Positions 31,451 to 42,125 are shown, counted from the stretch's first letter. The stretch: 64,000 nucleotides of DNA from an uncultured Gammaproteobacteria bacterium (GCA_964535655.1 CAZHTP010000003.1:131396-195395); one strand, 5' to 3'. The notes: a model not told the origin generated them from the sequence alone. Translations and numbers: made by a program.

Positions 31451-33172
31451 TTAACTTTTAACTATATAGATAATTGGTTTACCTGATAAATCTAACATTT
31501 TTTCATCTGGTATAAGTTTTCCAGGAAAATCACTTGGTGATCCGATCATTAATGAATGAGGAATTTTACGCTGTTTTTCGTAATCGAAATTGTGGAATTT
31601 AATTTTTCCGACTCTGTTTTGGGTTTCTGAAAAGCCACCGCTCACTGTGCCCCCCTGAGAAAGATACTCTCGCGGGGAATAATTGCCATACCATAAGAAC
31701 CAGAGATATGACCAATCCAAGGAGAGTGACACCGTGATGCTATCGTAATTTTCTTTTTTGCTTTCAATAATTTGAACCGCTTCTTTTCTTCTATAGAGCC
31801 AGTACGCACTAAACTCCTTCGGAAGAAGGATAGTGTAAGAAATGAGATAGTGGATGACTGAAAATCCCATGACGATAAAAATTAAAAGAAATGAAACTTT
31901 AGGCCAGGTCCATTTAAGAAACTTATTAAACTTGTCATCACCGGTTTTTGCGGGAGGCCTGGTGTATGACTTAAGATCGTATCTTTGAATTTCTTTAATT
32001 ACAACCCACAAGCCTATTCCTGTTACTAATGAGAGAACCGGCAATAACAGTAAGGCACGGATTGAATGTGGTACTTGCCAGGTTAAGGCCGCTGGAATGG
32101 GAGCGATAAAACCTAGCCATAACGGAAGAAATGCATTTAATTGTTTTCTGTTGCGAATTAGGAACGTTATTCCGACTAGAATCAACGGTAATTGCCAAAC
32201 ATAAAGAAGCCCAAAACCTGGCACCTGGTGACGAGGTAGATCAGCAAAAACAAATAAGAAACTATAATTAAAATGCGATAAATAATTGGCCGTGACACTT
32301 TGCGCTATGGGAATACGGAAATTATGCACTTTTGAACTAAGCCATCCGTCACCGTTATCAAAATCTTCTTTAGCAAGCTTATTATTTCGAGCAAAAATTT
32401 CAATAACTTTCTTGCCTAAAATAGTAGTGGCGTTGTAGCGGGCTAGCCCGTCTCCCTGGTACATCTGTAGAAACAAAGGTATACACAGAAGTAACGCAAT
32501 AAACCCTCCGGCAATTATTTGCTTTTTAGCAGTTAGAAGTTCTCTTCCATAGGAAATCAGGTATCCTAGCAGGAAAAGTGGAATTAGGAGCCGAGCATTC
32601 GCATACGAATATAAGGCAAGTGTAAAGGCTACTACTGAGTACATTAGAGTTGTAAAATTTCTTTGTTGACTCCACTTTAATAGAAATAATATACCGGCTA
32701 ATTCCCAAAACAAAGCGATATTTGCTTCAAAAGCTACTCTGGAAAAATGGATATGCCAAGGGGAGATAGTTAGGATAGCGGCTGCAAATAGCGAAATATT
32801 GGCAATACGATTTTTCCAGATGGGAATGGTTGTTGTTGTGCGTAACATGTGTTGGCAGAGCAAATAAAATATCGGAATGGTTAACACTCCAAAAAAAGCC
32901 GAAGTAAACCTTATGGCAAATTCATTTTTTCCAAAAAGAAAAAGTGCTGCTGAGGTTAAATAAATATATAGTGGGGATTTATAATCATCGAATGAACGGA
33001 AAGTTAAGGGGAGATATGTCCCATATTCGTCTTTCCCAGTTTGTAGAATTGAATAGGCGTTCCAGCCAATTGCGACTTCATCCCAGTTTAGAGAAGGGGG
33101 ATTGCTTCCTAAGGCAATAAAACGAAAGAGCGCACCTAAAATAATGAGTATAATTAATAGCTTTAGACGCAT
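31451..33172 (-). CDS. GT-C membrane glycosyltransferase (PMT/ArnT-like)
   Basis: NWDEVAIGWNAYSILQTGKDEYG..SFDDYKSP, ISPWHIHFSRVAFE. Confidence 0.88.
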   Translation of the reverse strand: MRLKLLIILIILGALFRFIALGSNPPSLNWDEVAIGWNAYSILQTGKDEYGTYLPLTFRSFDDYKSPLYIYLTSAALFLFGKNEFAIRFTSAFFGVLTIPIFYLLCQHMLRTTTTIPIWKNRIANISLFAAAILTISPWHIHFSRVAFEANIALFWELAGILFLLKWSQQRNFTTLMYSVVAFTLALYSYANARLLIPLFLLGYLISYGRELLTAKKQIIAGGFIALLLCIPLFLQMYQGDGLARYNATTILGKKVIEIFARNNKLAKEDFDNGDGWLSSKVHNFRIPIAQSVTANYLSHFNYSFLFVFADLPRHQVPGFGLLYVWQLPLILVGITFLIRNRKQLNAFLPLWLGFIAPIPAALTWQVPHSIRALLLLPVLSLVTGIGLWVVIKEIQRYDLKSYTRPPAKTGDDKFNKFLKWTWPKVSFLLIFIVMGFSVIHYLISYTILLPKEFSAYWLYRRKEAVQIIESKKENYDSITVSLSLDWSYLWFLWYGNYSPREYLSQGGTVSGGFSETQNRVGKIKFHNFDYEKQRKIPHSLMIGSPSDFPGKLIPDEKMLDLSGKPIIYIVKS

Positions 33173-33174
33173 AG

Positions 33175-34971
33175 TTACTTTACAAAAGGATTACCATTTT
33201 CATCGAGGTATCCCAACTCAATTAACGCATCAGCGCCGGTAGGAACTTTGCTTAGGATAAAAACCGGCTCGCCATTTAATCGGTTAATTGTCTCTTTGAA
33301 ATATTTTTTTGAAGTAAGTTCAGAAGGTGTCCCTACTAATAATACTTTCTCCCCTGCTTGCTGTTTGGAAATTTCGTTTCGCCAGTTAATTCCGCGAAAC
33401 TCGAATTTATTAAATCCGTCAACCGTGATGAATCCAAACCCAGTTTCGTCGGTGTGTGCTTTTCGTTCTTTTTGAAATAATGCTGGAGGATACTTTAAGT
33501 AAAATAGTGTTTCAATATACGGGCGTCCCTGACCATCAGTTATAATGATACGGTCGTACTGATCTTTTACCTTAGCTACTTCACTGATCATCTCTTTATA
33601 ACCATATTGCCACTCCTGAGAAGTCCAGTTTGAGTAATGAACATAATAATTATGTAAATAGTAATAGACTGTGGAAGTAAGTATTACTCCAGAAAAAATA
33701 ACCACTAAAAGTGAGCTTACTGTAAAATTACTCACTTTTTTATTGAGCACAGGCCAACCCCACTGCATTTTATTTAAACGATTGATTACATAAATGAAGG
33801 CATAGGCTTCAATGATTTGAAAAGTTGGTAAAATATTTAGACTTCGCAGTGCATGGGGAGTTTCCCTTGCAAAAGCCGCTGGAACTGGTGCTAAAAACAT
33901 CCAACCAAGAATAACTAGCTGTTCTGGCTTACGCCGGGAAAGGAATAGATACAGACCAATAAGTAAGAAAGGTAGCTCAATAATATACAATTCTCCTACA
34001 TCCTGGAGAGAAAAGCGCGGGTTTATATCTCCCGAAATAAATAAGAATTTTCCGGAAAAATGCTGAAAATAACCGTCAATCCAATTTTGAGCATAAATCA
34101 TGCGGCGATTATTTAAAATTTTAGCCCACCAGGTGTTACCTAAGTGCGCAATCCTTTCGTTGGACAGTTCGACAGGAAGAGGATCAGAAAAGATATTAAC
34201 CTCTTTGTATCGTAATTGGCCCTCGTGTGATGCTACATGTGGTACCAGAGGCAAAAGAATTGCCAAGGATATCAAGCTGGCAACAAGAAGTTTTAGCGTG
34301 CTTTTTTTATCATTAAATAACTGCTTACGGTAGATTATTGCCAGAAGAATGACCATGAGGGGTGTAAAGACGCGATTAGAATTGAAAGTGTAAAAGGTTG
34401 ATACAAACGAGATACCCGAAAGGACTAATAATAACGCTTTGTAATTTTCATTTTCAAGCGACTTAAAGAATAAGTAGATTCCCAGTAGTACTAGAAATAA
34501 CGCTACGTTAGCTTCATAGGCAACGCGAGATATCTGGGTATGCCACGGTGAGATAGCAAAGAGAAAGGCTGCAAGTAAAGCAATCCATTCAATTGTATTT
34601 TTGTGTAAGAATGTGGGCTCGTGACTGGCTAGCCTTTTAAGTAGTTGCAGTGTTATTAGGTAGGCTACTATAACTGAAAGCGACCCGAAAAAAGCTGAAG
34701 GAAACCGGGTAGTCCATTCGTTCAGCCCGAAGAGTTTAATCATTGGCACTTCGGAGTAAATATACACTGGAGGCTTAAAGTCTCCAAATGAACGAAAATA
34801 CTGGATTGGCATGAAGGCGCCTTCTTCATCCCGTGCGGTTTCGGAGATTGAATAGGCATTATAGCCAAGGGCTACCTCGTCCCAATACAGGGATGGAGGA
34901 TTAATTCCAAGATGATAAAACCTTAAAACGAAGGCGATACCAATAATTATGATTAAGAGAATTTTTTTCAT
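33175..34971 (-). CDS. GT-C membrane glycosyltransferase (PMT/ArnT-like)
   Basis: YWDEVALGYNAYS..RDEEG..SFGDFKPP, ISPWHTQISRVAYE. Confidence 0.88.
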   Translation of the reverse strand: MKKILLIIIIGIAFVLRFYHLGINPPSLYWDEVALGYNAYSISETARDEEGAFMPIQYFRSFGDFKPPVYIYSEVPMIKLFGLNEWTTRFPSAFFGSLSVIVAYLITLQLLKRLASHEPTFLHKNTIEWIALLAAFLFAISPWHTQISRVAYEANVALFLVLLGIYLFFKSLENENYKALLLVLSGISFVSTFYTFNSNRVFTPLMVILLAIIYRKQLFNDKKSTLKLLVASLISLAILLPLVPHVASHEGQLRYKEVNIFSDPLPVELSNERIAHLGNTWWAKILNNRRMIYAQNWIDGYFQHFSGKFLFISGDINPRFSLQDVGELYIIELPFLLIGLYLFLSRRKPEQLVILGWMFLAPVPAAFARETPHALRSLNILPTFQIIEAYAFIYVINRLNKMQWGWPVLNKKVSNFTVSSLLVVIFSGVILTSTVYYYLHNYYVHYSNWTSQEWQYGYKEMISEVAKVKDQYDRIIITDGQGRPYIETLFYLKYPPALFQKERKAHTDETGFGFITVDGFNKFEFRGINWRNEISKQQAGEKVLLVGTPSELTSKKYFKETINRLNGEPVFILSKVPTGADALIELGYLDENGNPFVK

Positions 34972-36620
34972 TTTATTATTTTAAATAATATTCTTTGGTC
35001 ATCTTTTGCTAGAATAGTTTGATTACCAAATGCTGCCTCGGGTGAACCTATAACCAAGGAACTAGGTGGGAGCTTTAAGTCCTCAAAAGATTTATTTTTT
35101 GTATTTATTTCTCCAAAATAATACTTGCCACATTGTACCATCTCAGAACCGGCGATTAAGACTTTTGATTGCGAGCAGTGTTGATACTCTGCTGGGTCGA
35201 GTTTAGAATAAAAAGCATAATACATTTCGGTTTTGCCGTAATACCTGGTTATAAAAATGTGATCAAAGTTGTTTTCTTCGTTTCTTGCATAATTTATTGC
35301 TTCTTTTTGCATGCCATCGTACCAATAATTACCATACACTGGGTAGACATATATATAACGCACTAACCAATTTGAAAATGAGAACGCAAATAATATAAAT
35401 AACATTCTAATTGCTAAAGATTCTGATTTAGCTTTCTTAAAATAATCCAGAAAAAATACTATTCCATATGAAGCAAAGATCATAGGGATAGGTAAAAGCG
35501 CGATACTTCTCAATCCATAGGACTTTCCTACTAAAGCTGTAGGAAAAATTGAGATAAGAATCCACGCTGAGAGAAATATAAACAGTTTTCTATTCCTTTT
35601 GAAACAAACTAAAAGCCCCAATAAGAAAAAAGGTGCTTCGAGTATGTAAAACATTCCATGATTTCCAATGGCATAACGCAATGAACTGTCTCCCGCTACA
35701 TACCAGAATGAAGCCGAAAGATTATCTCCATAAAATTCGAGAAAATCGCGAAGCCAAATATTGGGTTTGTTAAATAAAAGAGAGTTGAGCGCCGGTGGTG
35801 CCAGGGACTGATTACGCATCATAATTACCCGTTCACTCACTTTTGGATCTGAAAATATATTAATCTTGGCAAAACGAGCCTGGCCATTAGAAAATATTGC
35901 CAAATACGCAATAGGTACAGACAGGAGCGCGAACAAGAATATGTATCTTACTGTGAAACGGATGTATTTTTTTGAGTCGAATTTTTTTGTTATCCAAAAT
36001 CCCCAGCTCCATAGCAATACAATGAGCATCGGAACAAAAAGCTTGGTTGTGTAATAGGTATACATCGCGAGAACAAATGAAAAGTTAGACAGTAAAAAAT
36101 GTCGCCATTTTTCAGTTTTGAGCCAGCAAAGGAAAAAATATACTCCTGCTAAGCCAAATGTAAGGGCCATATTAGCTTCATACCCTCCCCTACTTACTAA
36201 GATATGCCAGGGAGAAATTGCTAACAACGCTGCTGCTATTAATGCTAGGTTCTCGCTTCTGATATCGTTTTCTTTGTTCAGGTCAAAAAATGTTGCAAGT
36301 TGTTTTACTATCGCATAGGTAAGATACACTGCAGCGATGCCACTCAGTGCTGACGGCAAGCGAACTGCATAGGCCGATACGCCAAAGACTCTTTCAAATA
36401 TTAGTACGATATAAATATATGCGGGGTTTTTTTGATCTCCCCATGACTCAAACTGAATTGGTAATAGTTTAGAAAATTCATCTTTGCCGGTTTTAAGTAC
36501 CGAATAAGCATTATAACCGATGGAGATTTCGTCGCCATAGAGTGAGGGCATATGACTACCAAGAAAGAGTATCCTGAGTAGTGCGGCAAAAATAATAATT
36601 GTAGTTAGCCATTTATTCAT
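34968..36620 (-). CDS. GT-C membrane glycosyltransferase (PMT/ArnT-like)
   Basis: YGDEISIGYNAYSVLKTGKDEF..SWGDQKNP, ISPWHILVSRGGYE. Confidence 0.88.
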   Translation of the reverse strand: MNKWLTTIIIFAALLRILFLGSHMPSLYGDEISIGYNAYSVLKTGKDEFSKLLPIQFESWGDQKNPAYIYIVLIFERVFGVSAYAVRLPSALSGIAAVYLTYAIVKQLATFFDLNKENDIRSENLALIAAALLAISPWHILVSRGGYEANMALTFGLAGVYFFLCWLKTEKWRHFLLSNFSFVLAMYTYYTTKLFVPMLIVLLWSWGFWITKKFDSKKYIRFTVRYIFLFALLSVPIAYLAIFSNGQARFAKINIFSDPKVSERVIMMRNQSLAPPALNSLLFNKPNIWLRDFLEFYGDNLSASFWYVAGDSSLRYAIGNHGMFYILEAPFFLLGLLVCFKRNRKLFIFLSAWILISIFPTALVGKSYGLRSIALLPIPMIFASYGIVFFLDYFKKAKSESLAIRMLFILFAFSFSNWLVRYIYVYPVYGNYWYDGMQKEAINYARNEENNFDHIFITRYYGKTEMYYAFYSKLDPAEYQHCSQSKVLIAGSEMVQCGKYYFGEINTKNKSFEDLKLPPSSLVIGSPEAAFGNQTILAKDDQRILFKIIK

Positions 36621-36693
36621 AAAAATGTTTGCTGGTAAGCCGTTGTAGCCTTAGTATACCATTCCAATCTCTTCAATGATAAACTCAACTTAA

Positions 36694-38430
36694 ATGAATT
36701 TACCGTTACGGCGATTGATACTTGTAAGTATTCTTGCTTCTATTGCATGTCGTTTTTTGTTTCTGGATCGATTCCCGGCAGGAATCTCCCATGACGAAGT
36801 AGAATATGTCTTAAGTAGTGCTTCTTACGCGTTCACCGGTACTGATTTATCGGGTATAGGATTCCCTTTAAGTTTATTTAAAACTGAAACGCATGGGCAT
36901 ATTAGCCCAATACCTCCATTATTTCTGGCTCCTTATTTCTACTTTATTCCAGTGAATCAATTTTCCGCTCGCTTGCCTTATATATTAATTTCTTTACTTA
37001 CTATTTTCGTTCTTTATACGTTGTGTGTATTACTTTTTAAAAGTTCGTCACTGGCTCTGGTTGTAACATTTATCTTTACTGTTTCGCCTTGGGGATTTTA
37101 TTTATCACGCTGGGCTGCAGATACTCCTTTTGCTCTTCTCTTCTTTTTATGGGGAATTTATTTCTTTCTCTCTGAAAATAAATGGAAATTTTCTTCATCC
37201 GTTCTTTTATTTATACTGGGATTTTTTTCCTACAATGGAGCTAAACTATTATTCTTTCCATTACTACTTTTTCTATTGTTTTATCGGTGGAAAATTAACC
37301 GAGCAGGATGGTTTAGTCGTACCATTTTTTTAAAGCTTATTGGCGCGGTCTCGATCTTTTTCTTTGGATATTTTGTAATCAGTTATCTTATACCGGGATC
37401 AATTGCCCAGGAACGCGACTCAGAAATTGTTTTTTTGAACTCAAAATTACTTCAAGAAAAAGTTAATTATCTGCGAGAGCAGGAACTAGAATTTCCACTA
37501 AACTATTTATTTATAAATAAATTTACTGTAGCTCTTCAGATTATGCTGGAAAAATATGTAAGCGCTTTTTCCGCAATTTCGTTATTTGCTACTGGTGACC
37601 CAGATATAGTGTACCGAACTGACCTGATTGGATTATTCCTTCCTTTTGAATTAGTTACGATTTTTGTTGGTATGTATTATCTACGGAGCCGGTATCGTCG
37701 CGAGGCATTCTTGCTTATGGGTCTCACATTGCTCGCTCCCCTTGCCACTACATTAAGTGGCAATTCCACTTCAATTCTGCAGCGTTCGTTTTTGCTTTTA
37801 CCGTTGCTTTCAATTTATAGTGGGGCTGGTATTTACTGCAGTTATCTTTTTGCTTCGCGCTCTATTAACTTCCGCATTGTTTCACTCGTTTGGGGAAGTA
37901 TTATTGGTTTATTTTTTATAACTTTTTTACATTTTTATTTCTTTCAGTGGCCGATGTTATCTTTGGAGGGATTTACCTTACAAGGTAGATTGGGAGCTGA
38001 GTATTTACATAGATTTCCAAAGAATAGTGAGATTAAAGTTATAGCAACAAATAGTCGGGGCGCTTATTTACAATATATATTCTTTTCAGAACCTGCTACC
38101 CAAAGGAAATTCTTTCAAAACCGGTTTGATGATTTCTTACATAAAAATTATTCAATCGAAACTTTACTTTTTACCGATCATTGTCCTGATTTTTCTGAAC
38201 CCGAGTTTTCATATTTAATTCAGCGCGAAGCATCACCGTGTAAGAGAATTGGCTTTCCGAATGCAGAAATCGTGAGCCAACGTGATTTAAAAATGTTATT
38301 GCAAATTCATTCCGATAAAGTTTGTGTTCGTCTGGCTTTGAATGTTACTAAAGCGCGTCCACGTTTATGGGATTTTGACTTTTTAGCTATGAGCAATGAG
38401 AGATTCTGCAGAACCTGGTTAAGTAATTAA
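36694..38430 (+). CDS. GT-C membrane glycosyltransferase (divergent paralog)
   Basis: SHDEVEY..TGTDLSG, VSPWGFYLSRWAAD; polytopic. Confidence 0.8.
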   Translation: MNLPLRRLILVSILASIACRFLFLDRFPAGISHDEVEYVLSSASYAFTGTDLSGIGFPLSLFKTETHGHISPIPPLFLAPYFYFIPVNQFSARLPYILISLLTIFVLYTLCVLLFKSSSLALVVTFIFTVSPWGFYLSRWAADTPFALLFFLWGIYFFLSENKWKFSSSVLLFILGFFSYNGAKLLFFPLLLFLLFYRWKINRAGWFSRTIFLKLIGAVSIFFFGYFVISYLIPGSIAQERDSEIVFLNSKLLQEKVNYLREQELEFPLNYLFINKFTVALQIMLEKYVSAFSAISLFATGDPDIVYRTDLIGLFLPFELVTIFVGMYYLRSRYRREAFLLMGLTLLAPLATTLSGNSTSILQRSFLLLPLLSIYSGAGIYCSYLFASRSINFRIVSLVWGSIIGLFFITFLHFYFFQWPMLSLEGFTLQGRLGAEYLHRFPKNSEIKVIATNSRGAYLQYIFFSEPATQRKFFQNRFDDFLHKNYSIETLLFTDHCPDFSEPEFSYLIQREASPCKRIGFPNAEIVSQRDLKMLLQIHSDKVCVRLALNVTKARPRLWDFDFLAMSNERFCRTWLSN

Positions 38431-38710
38431 CTTAGTGCTTTGATAATTTCTTTTCTTAACCACAACTTTTTTGTCTTACCAATATTTTCTTCGAAGGTAG
38501 CATCAATTTTATTAGTGAGTTGCGTTTTTACCAATTCGTCGGCGGTTTCTATCACAAAGTTTGAAAAATGTTTTGGTTCGGAGATATGCTAGGTAGTACT
38601 ACATCGGCTGGAATGTTTTTTAAGTCGCAGAGTTCTTTATAGGCAATCGCACAGGCATAGGCATCGATATCTGTATATTTATTCCCGGATGTAATAATTA
38701 ATTGTTTCAT
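38427..38710 (-). pseudogene. DHH-family Mn-dependent inorganic pyrophosphatase (PpaC-like) remnant, internally deleted
   Basis: ATG 38710 MKQLIITSGNKYTDIDAYACAIAYKEL; shifted frame gives ISEPKHFSNFV...KKLWLRKEIIKALS* (C-terminal RK motif); only 284 nt. Confidence 0.72.
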
Positions 38711-38712
38711 AG

Positions 38713-39147
38713 TTATTCTAAGTTGGTTGAGATATAAATTGGATCGCCTTTTTTTATTTTTCCTTCTTTAATAATGCTGTGATATGAACCTCTGCCCATC
38801 CGGACAACCGTTACTTTTTTACCAGATTTTTCTTGAATTTCTTTGATCATTTCTTCACTATCTACCGAAATACTACTTCCCTCTGGTGTTGTGACATGAA
38901 TTTCGGAATTTTTGGGATCGGAGGGATTGTATAAATATGGTTTATATTGCAGTAAGCCTGGAAATTTGATGGTGTCAATAAAATTAGGTGTTTCGGTTGA
39001 ATCTAATTCGTAAAATGCCCGAGTACGATCACCAACTACTGAGATAGATTTAAGCGTAATTTTCTCTTGTTCGATTCCTTGCATACCTTTTACCGGGTAG
39101 ATAGTAGTTTGAAGCACATGGCCGACGAGTTGTTGATCTGCATTCAT
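38713..39147 (-). CDS. MOSC N-terminal beta-barrel protein lacking most of the MOSC core (probable in-frame internal deletion)
   Basis: IYPVKGMQG..VGDR (MOSC_N) joined directly to the terminal IIKEGKIKKGDPI; no RFRPN motif or conserved Cys. Confidence 0.7.
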   Translation of the reverse strand: MNADQQLVGHVLQTTIYPVKGMQGIEQEKITLKSISVVGDRTRAFYELDSTETPNFIDTIKFPGLLQYKPYLYNPSDPKNSEIHVTTPEGSSISVDSEEMIKEIQEKSGKKVTVVRMGRGSYHSIIKEGKIKKGDPIYISTNLE

Positions 39148-39148
39148 A

Positions 39149-39613
39149 TTATTTTGATTCGATAATATCTTTTAATATCTCCTGGGCATGGTTTTTGGGT
39201 GTTACTTTTTCGTAGATTTTAACAATTTTGCCTTCGGGGTTGATTAAAAACGTATTTCGTATAATACCCTCAAATAATCTCCCCATGAACTTCTTTTCGC
39301 CCCATGAGTTATATGCATGAATAACTGTTTTATCTGGATCGGAAAGTAACGGGAAGTTTATGTTATATTTTTGAGCAAATTTTTTGTGAGAGGCAACTGA
39401 GTCTTTAGAAATTCCCAAAATTTGGACATTTTTTGCTTTAAGTTCAGCAAAATCATCGCGAAAAGAGCATGCCTCGGTAGTACAACCGGGAGTATCGTCT
39501 TTAGGATAGAAATACACTACAACCCATTTACCAAGATAATCTTTTAATTCGCGTTCAATATTATCTTGACCTTTAAGGGAAAAATTAGGAGCGGGAGAAT
39601 TTAATTCAATCAT
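39149..39613 (-). CDS. bcp: Thioredoxin-dependent peroxiredoxin Bcp
   Basis: YFYPKDDTPGCTTEACSFRD, FPLLSD, IIRNTFLI. Confidence 0.96.
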   Translation of the reverse strand: MIELNSPAPNFSLKGQDNIERELKDYLGKWVVVYFYPKDDTPGCTTEACSFRDDFAELKAKNVQILGISKDSVASHKKFAQKYNINFPLLSDPDKTVIHAYNSWGEKKFMGRLFEGIIRNTFLINPEGKIVKIYEKVTPKNHAQEILKDIIESK

Positions 39614-40050
39614 TACTTTTGTCTTTCTAAAGCAATCTTTATCGCTTCTTTATACCCTTCTTCTATATAATGTTCGTCGGATTCATTACCTAACTTTTCT
39701 AATTCTTCTTTGCCAACCCAAAGATACCCTTCATGCTCTTCACTTACTTGGATATCTGGGATTTGTGCTTCTACACTATAAAACTGAAGCATGAGACCAT
39801 TCCCATCCTGGAGATTACGCGGAAGTTTATATATGTGTACTAAATCTCCTACTTTAATATTTTGAATTCCTGGTAACTCTTCACCTAATTCTCGTTTAAG
39901 CGTTTCCTGAATTTCTTCGCCCTCCCCCATGCGCCCGCCGGGAATATCCCAATACTTCTTTTCATTTCCTTTATCATCCATCAGTACCAGGACTTTATCG
40001 TTTATTTTGATAAGTCCTTTGATTCCTATGTAGAAAAGTTTCGGTGGCAT
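39613..40050 (-). CDS. Nudix hydrolase
   Basis: WDIPGGRMGEGEEIQETLKRELGEEL; SEEHEGYLW. Confidence 0.92.
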   Translation of the reverse strand: MPPKLFYIGIKGLIKINDKVLVLMDDKGNEKKYWDIPGGRMGEGEEIQETLKRELGEELPGIQNIKVGDLVHIYKLPRNLQDGNGLMLQFYSVEAQIPDIQVSEEHEGYLWVGKEELEKLGNESDEHYIEEGYKEAIKIALERQK

Positions 40051-40114
40051 CGTGTTTTTATTTTACACTATCTACGGTAGAATTGAATCAATTACTGTTA
40101 GAGAGGTATTATCA

Positions 40115-40626
40115 ATGATCGTACAGATTGACGAACTTAAACGAATTGTGCATAAAGCGCTTACAAAATATAGCTATAGTGAAGGCGAAATTGCAATTAT
40201 CCGCGAAGTGTTGATGTACGCACAGTTGCGCGGAAATAACCAGGGCGTTGTAAACGCTTACCAGTAATGGCGTTGCGCGAGCTGAGGTACCTGACGAGAT
40301 AAAAATTGTAAAAGAAACGAAACTTTCGGCTGTTATTAGTGGGAATTTACATTCAGGGATGGTGGTAATGGATAAGGGGATGCGAATGGCATTGCAAAAA
40401 GCATGGGAACATGGATTTGGAATTGTCGGGATGAATAATACCAATACTTCGACCGATGCCATTGGGTATTTTGCTCATGAGATTGAAAAAAAGGATTTAT
40501 TGGATTTGTTTATACAGGTTCTCTTGAGCCTCACGAATTGCGGCAGGAGAGATTGTTATAGAAGATAATTTATTTATAGCACTTAAAAAAGTTATTGGTG
40601 AGAAAGTGGAGTCACAAAATGAATGA
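40115..40626 (+). pseudogene. Ldh_2 family (malate/L-lactate/ureidoglycolate dehydrogenase) pseudogene
   Basis: MIVQIDELK..YAQLRGNNQGVV; frameshift to ..KAWEHGFGIVGMNNT..AIGYF; further frameshift and large deletion to C-terminal GEIVIEDNLFIALKK; stop overlaps the next ATG. Confidence 0.8.
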
Positions 40627-41140
40627 GAATATTGAGATAGTAAAACCAGCAGTTTCTGAATGGGAAGCATTTAAGGAAGTTCGATTGAGATCATTGAAGA
40701 ACTCTCCTACTGCTTTTTTAGCGACATTTGAAGATGAGATGCAAACTCCTGAAGAAAAATGGAAAGCCCGTATTGAAGGGAGTTTAAAGGGCGAAGCAGG
40801 GGTAACTTTAATTGCTAAACTGCAAGGTAAGGTGGTAGGGCTGGTTGGAGTACAGTTTATGCAGCATGCAAAAATGCGCCATGTTGCGCATATTTGGGGT
40901 ACGTATGTGGATCCAGATTTTCGAGGACTTGGTATTGGTAGAAAGTTAATGGACGGAATACTTGCGGCTGCGAAGAATCGTGCCGGAATAAAAAAGATTA
41001 AAATCGAGGTTGTCCCTGAGCAAATTAGTGCTTTTGAGTTGTATAAAAAACTGGGTTTTGAAGTGATTGGAATTTCTCATGGTGATTTGTTTGTTGAAGG
41101 AAATTATTATGACGAGATATTGATGGAGATGATGTTATAG
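40619..41140 (+). CDS. GNAT family N-acetyltransferase
   Basis: VRLRSLKNSPTAF, YVDPDFRGLGIGRKL, AFELYKKLGF. Confidence 0.92.
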   Translation: MNENIEIVKPAVSEWEAFKEVRLRSLKNSPTAFLATFEDEMQTPEEKWKARIEGSLKGEAGVTLIAKLQGKVVGLVGVQFMQHAKMRHVAHIWGTYVDPDFRGLGIGRKLMDGILAAAKNRAGIKKIKIEVVPEQISAFELYKKLGFEVIGISHGDLFVEGNYYDEILMEMML

Positions 41141-41391
41141 CTAAGTCACCTTTTCTAATTATTCCTGGTGTCGGCAAAGCAGTTGCAAAAGACTTAGAAC
41201 ATTTGGGGTATAAAAACGTCGCTGACTTAAAAAATGAAGATCCGCAGCGGATGTATGATCGGTTGTGTGCGTTACAAGGAACCAAGGTGGACCGATGTAT
41301 GCTCTACACTTTTCGCTGCGCTGTGTATTATGCTTCAAATGAAACACATGATCCTACTCTACTGAAGTGGTGGAACTGGAAAGATCAATAG
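41137..41391 (+). CDS. Cdd1-like helix-hairpin-helix protein (mitomycin-resistance McrB-like); start codon uncertain
   Basis: In-frame extension upstream of the called TTG gives IPGVGKAVAKDLEHLG; DPQRMY..DRCMLYTFRCAVY..LKWWNWKD. Confidence 0.82.
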   Translation: MAKSPFLIIPGVGKAVAKDLEHLGYKNVADLKNEDPQRMYDRLCALQGTKVDRCMLYTFRCAVYYASNETHDPTLLKWWNWKDQ

Positions 41392-42067
41392 TTATTTGTC
41401 CTTTTTTAACCACTTTCCCCTGTGGGATTGCATTAAGTAAGTAATAATCTGCACTTACCGTATACGTATCATTCCAATGTGGCTTCGAAAAGTCCATATA
41501 TGCTACGTTTTTTGGCATTTTTAAGTCTACTTCTTTTTTAGATTCGCTATCATACACATGTAATCCGAGCGGTCCAATATCTGCATTGCGCGAGGTATAG
41601 GCTATATACTTACTATCATCCGACCACATTGCCTCTGCTCCCGGATCAATGGGAGTAACCATTCCACCCTCACACTCAACGAGAAATAATACTTCTGCAC
41701 TGATTGCTCCTTGAGCATGGATGAGAATCTTGGAATTATCTGGAGAGAAATCATATTTAGTAATTGTAAAAAGTGTGGATTTCTCCAAATCCTTATACAT
41801 TAATTCTCGTTTTTCTACTAAAAGCTGACTTCTTTGGGCTGTAGAAACTTTATATAACGAACCATCGATTATTGAGTATCCAATCTTATTGTTTTTTTGT
41901 AGATGATGACGAGACTCATGAGCCTGAATTTTATTTCTAACTAATCGTTGATACTCCAGCTTTGCCCCTAACCCAAACGCTAAACAGATACTCATAAAGA
42001 AAGCCCAAATAATGAGAAGAATAGTTAATACTTTAAGTGGGAATTTCATTTTTTTATCGTGGACCAT
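41354..42067 (-). CDS. Membrane-anchored hypothetical protein with TolB-like/beta-propeller repeats
   Basis: N-terminal TM helix; FSPDNSKI, WSDDSKYIAY. Confidence 0.65.
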   Translation of the reverse strand: MVHDKKMKFPLKVLTILLIIWAFFMSICLAFGLGAKLEYQRLVRNKIQAHESRHHLQKNNKIGYSIIDGSLYKVSTAQRSQLLVEKRELMYKDLEKSTLFTITKYDFSPDNSKILIHAQGAISAEVLFLVECEGGMVTPIDPGAEAMWSDDSKYIAYTSRNADIGPLGLHVYDSESKKEVDLKMPKNVAYMDFSKPHWNDTYTVSADYYLLNAIPQGKVVKKGQITIDLSSSTTSVE

Positions 42068-42125
42068 GCTTTTATTATTTCAGAAGTGAGTGGAAAGATC
42101 AATAAAAGTAATCTATGATTGATTT

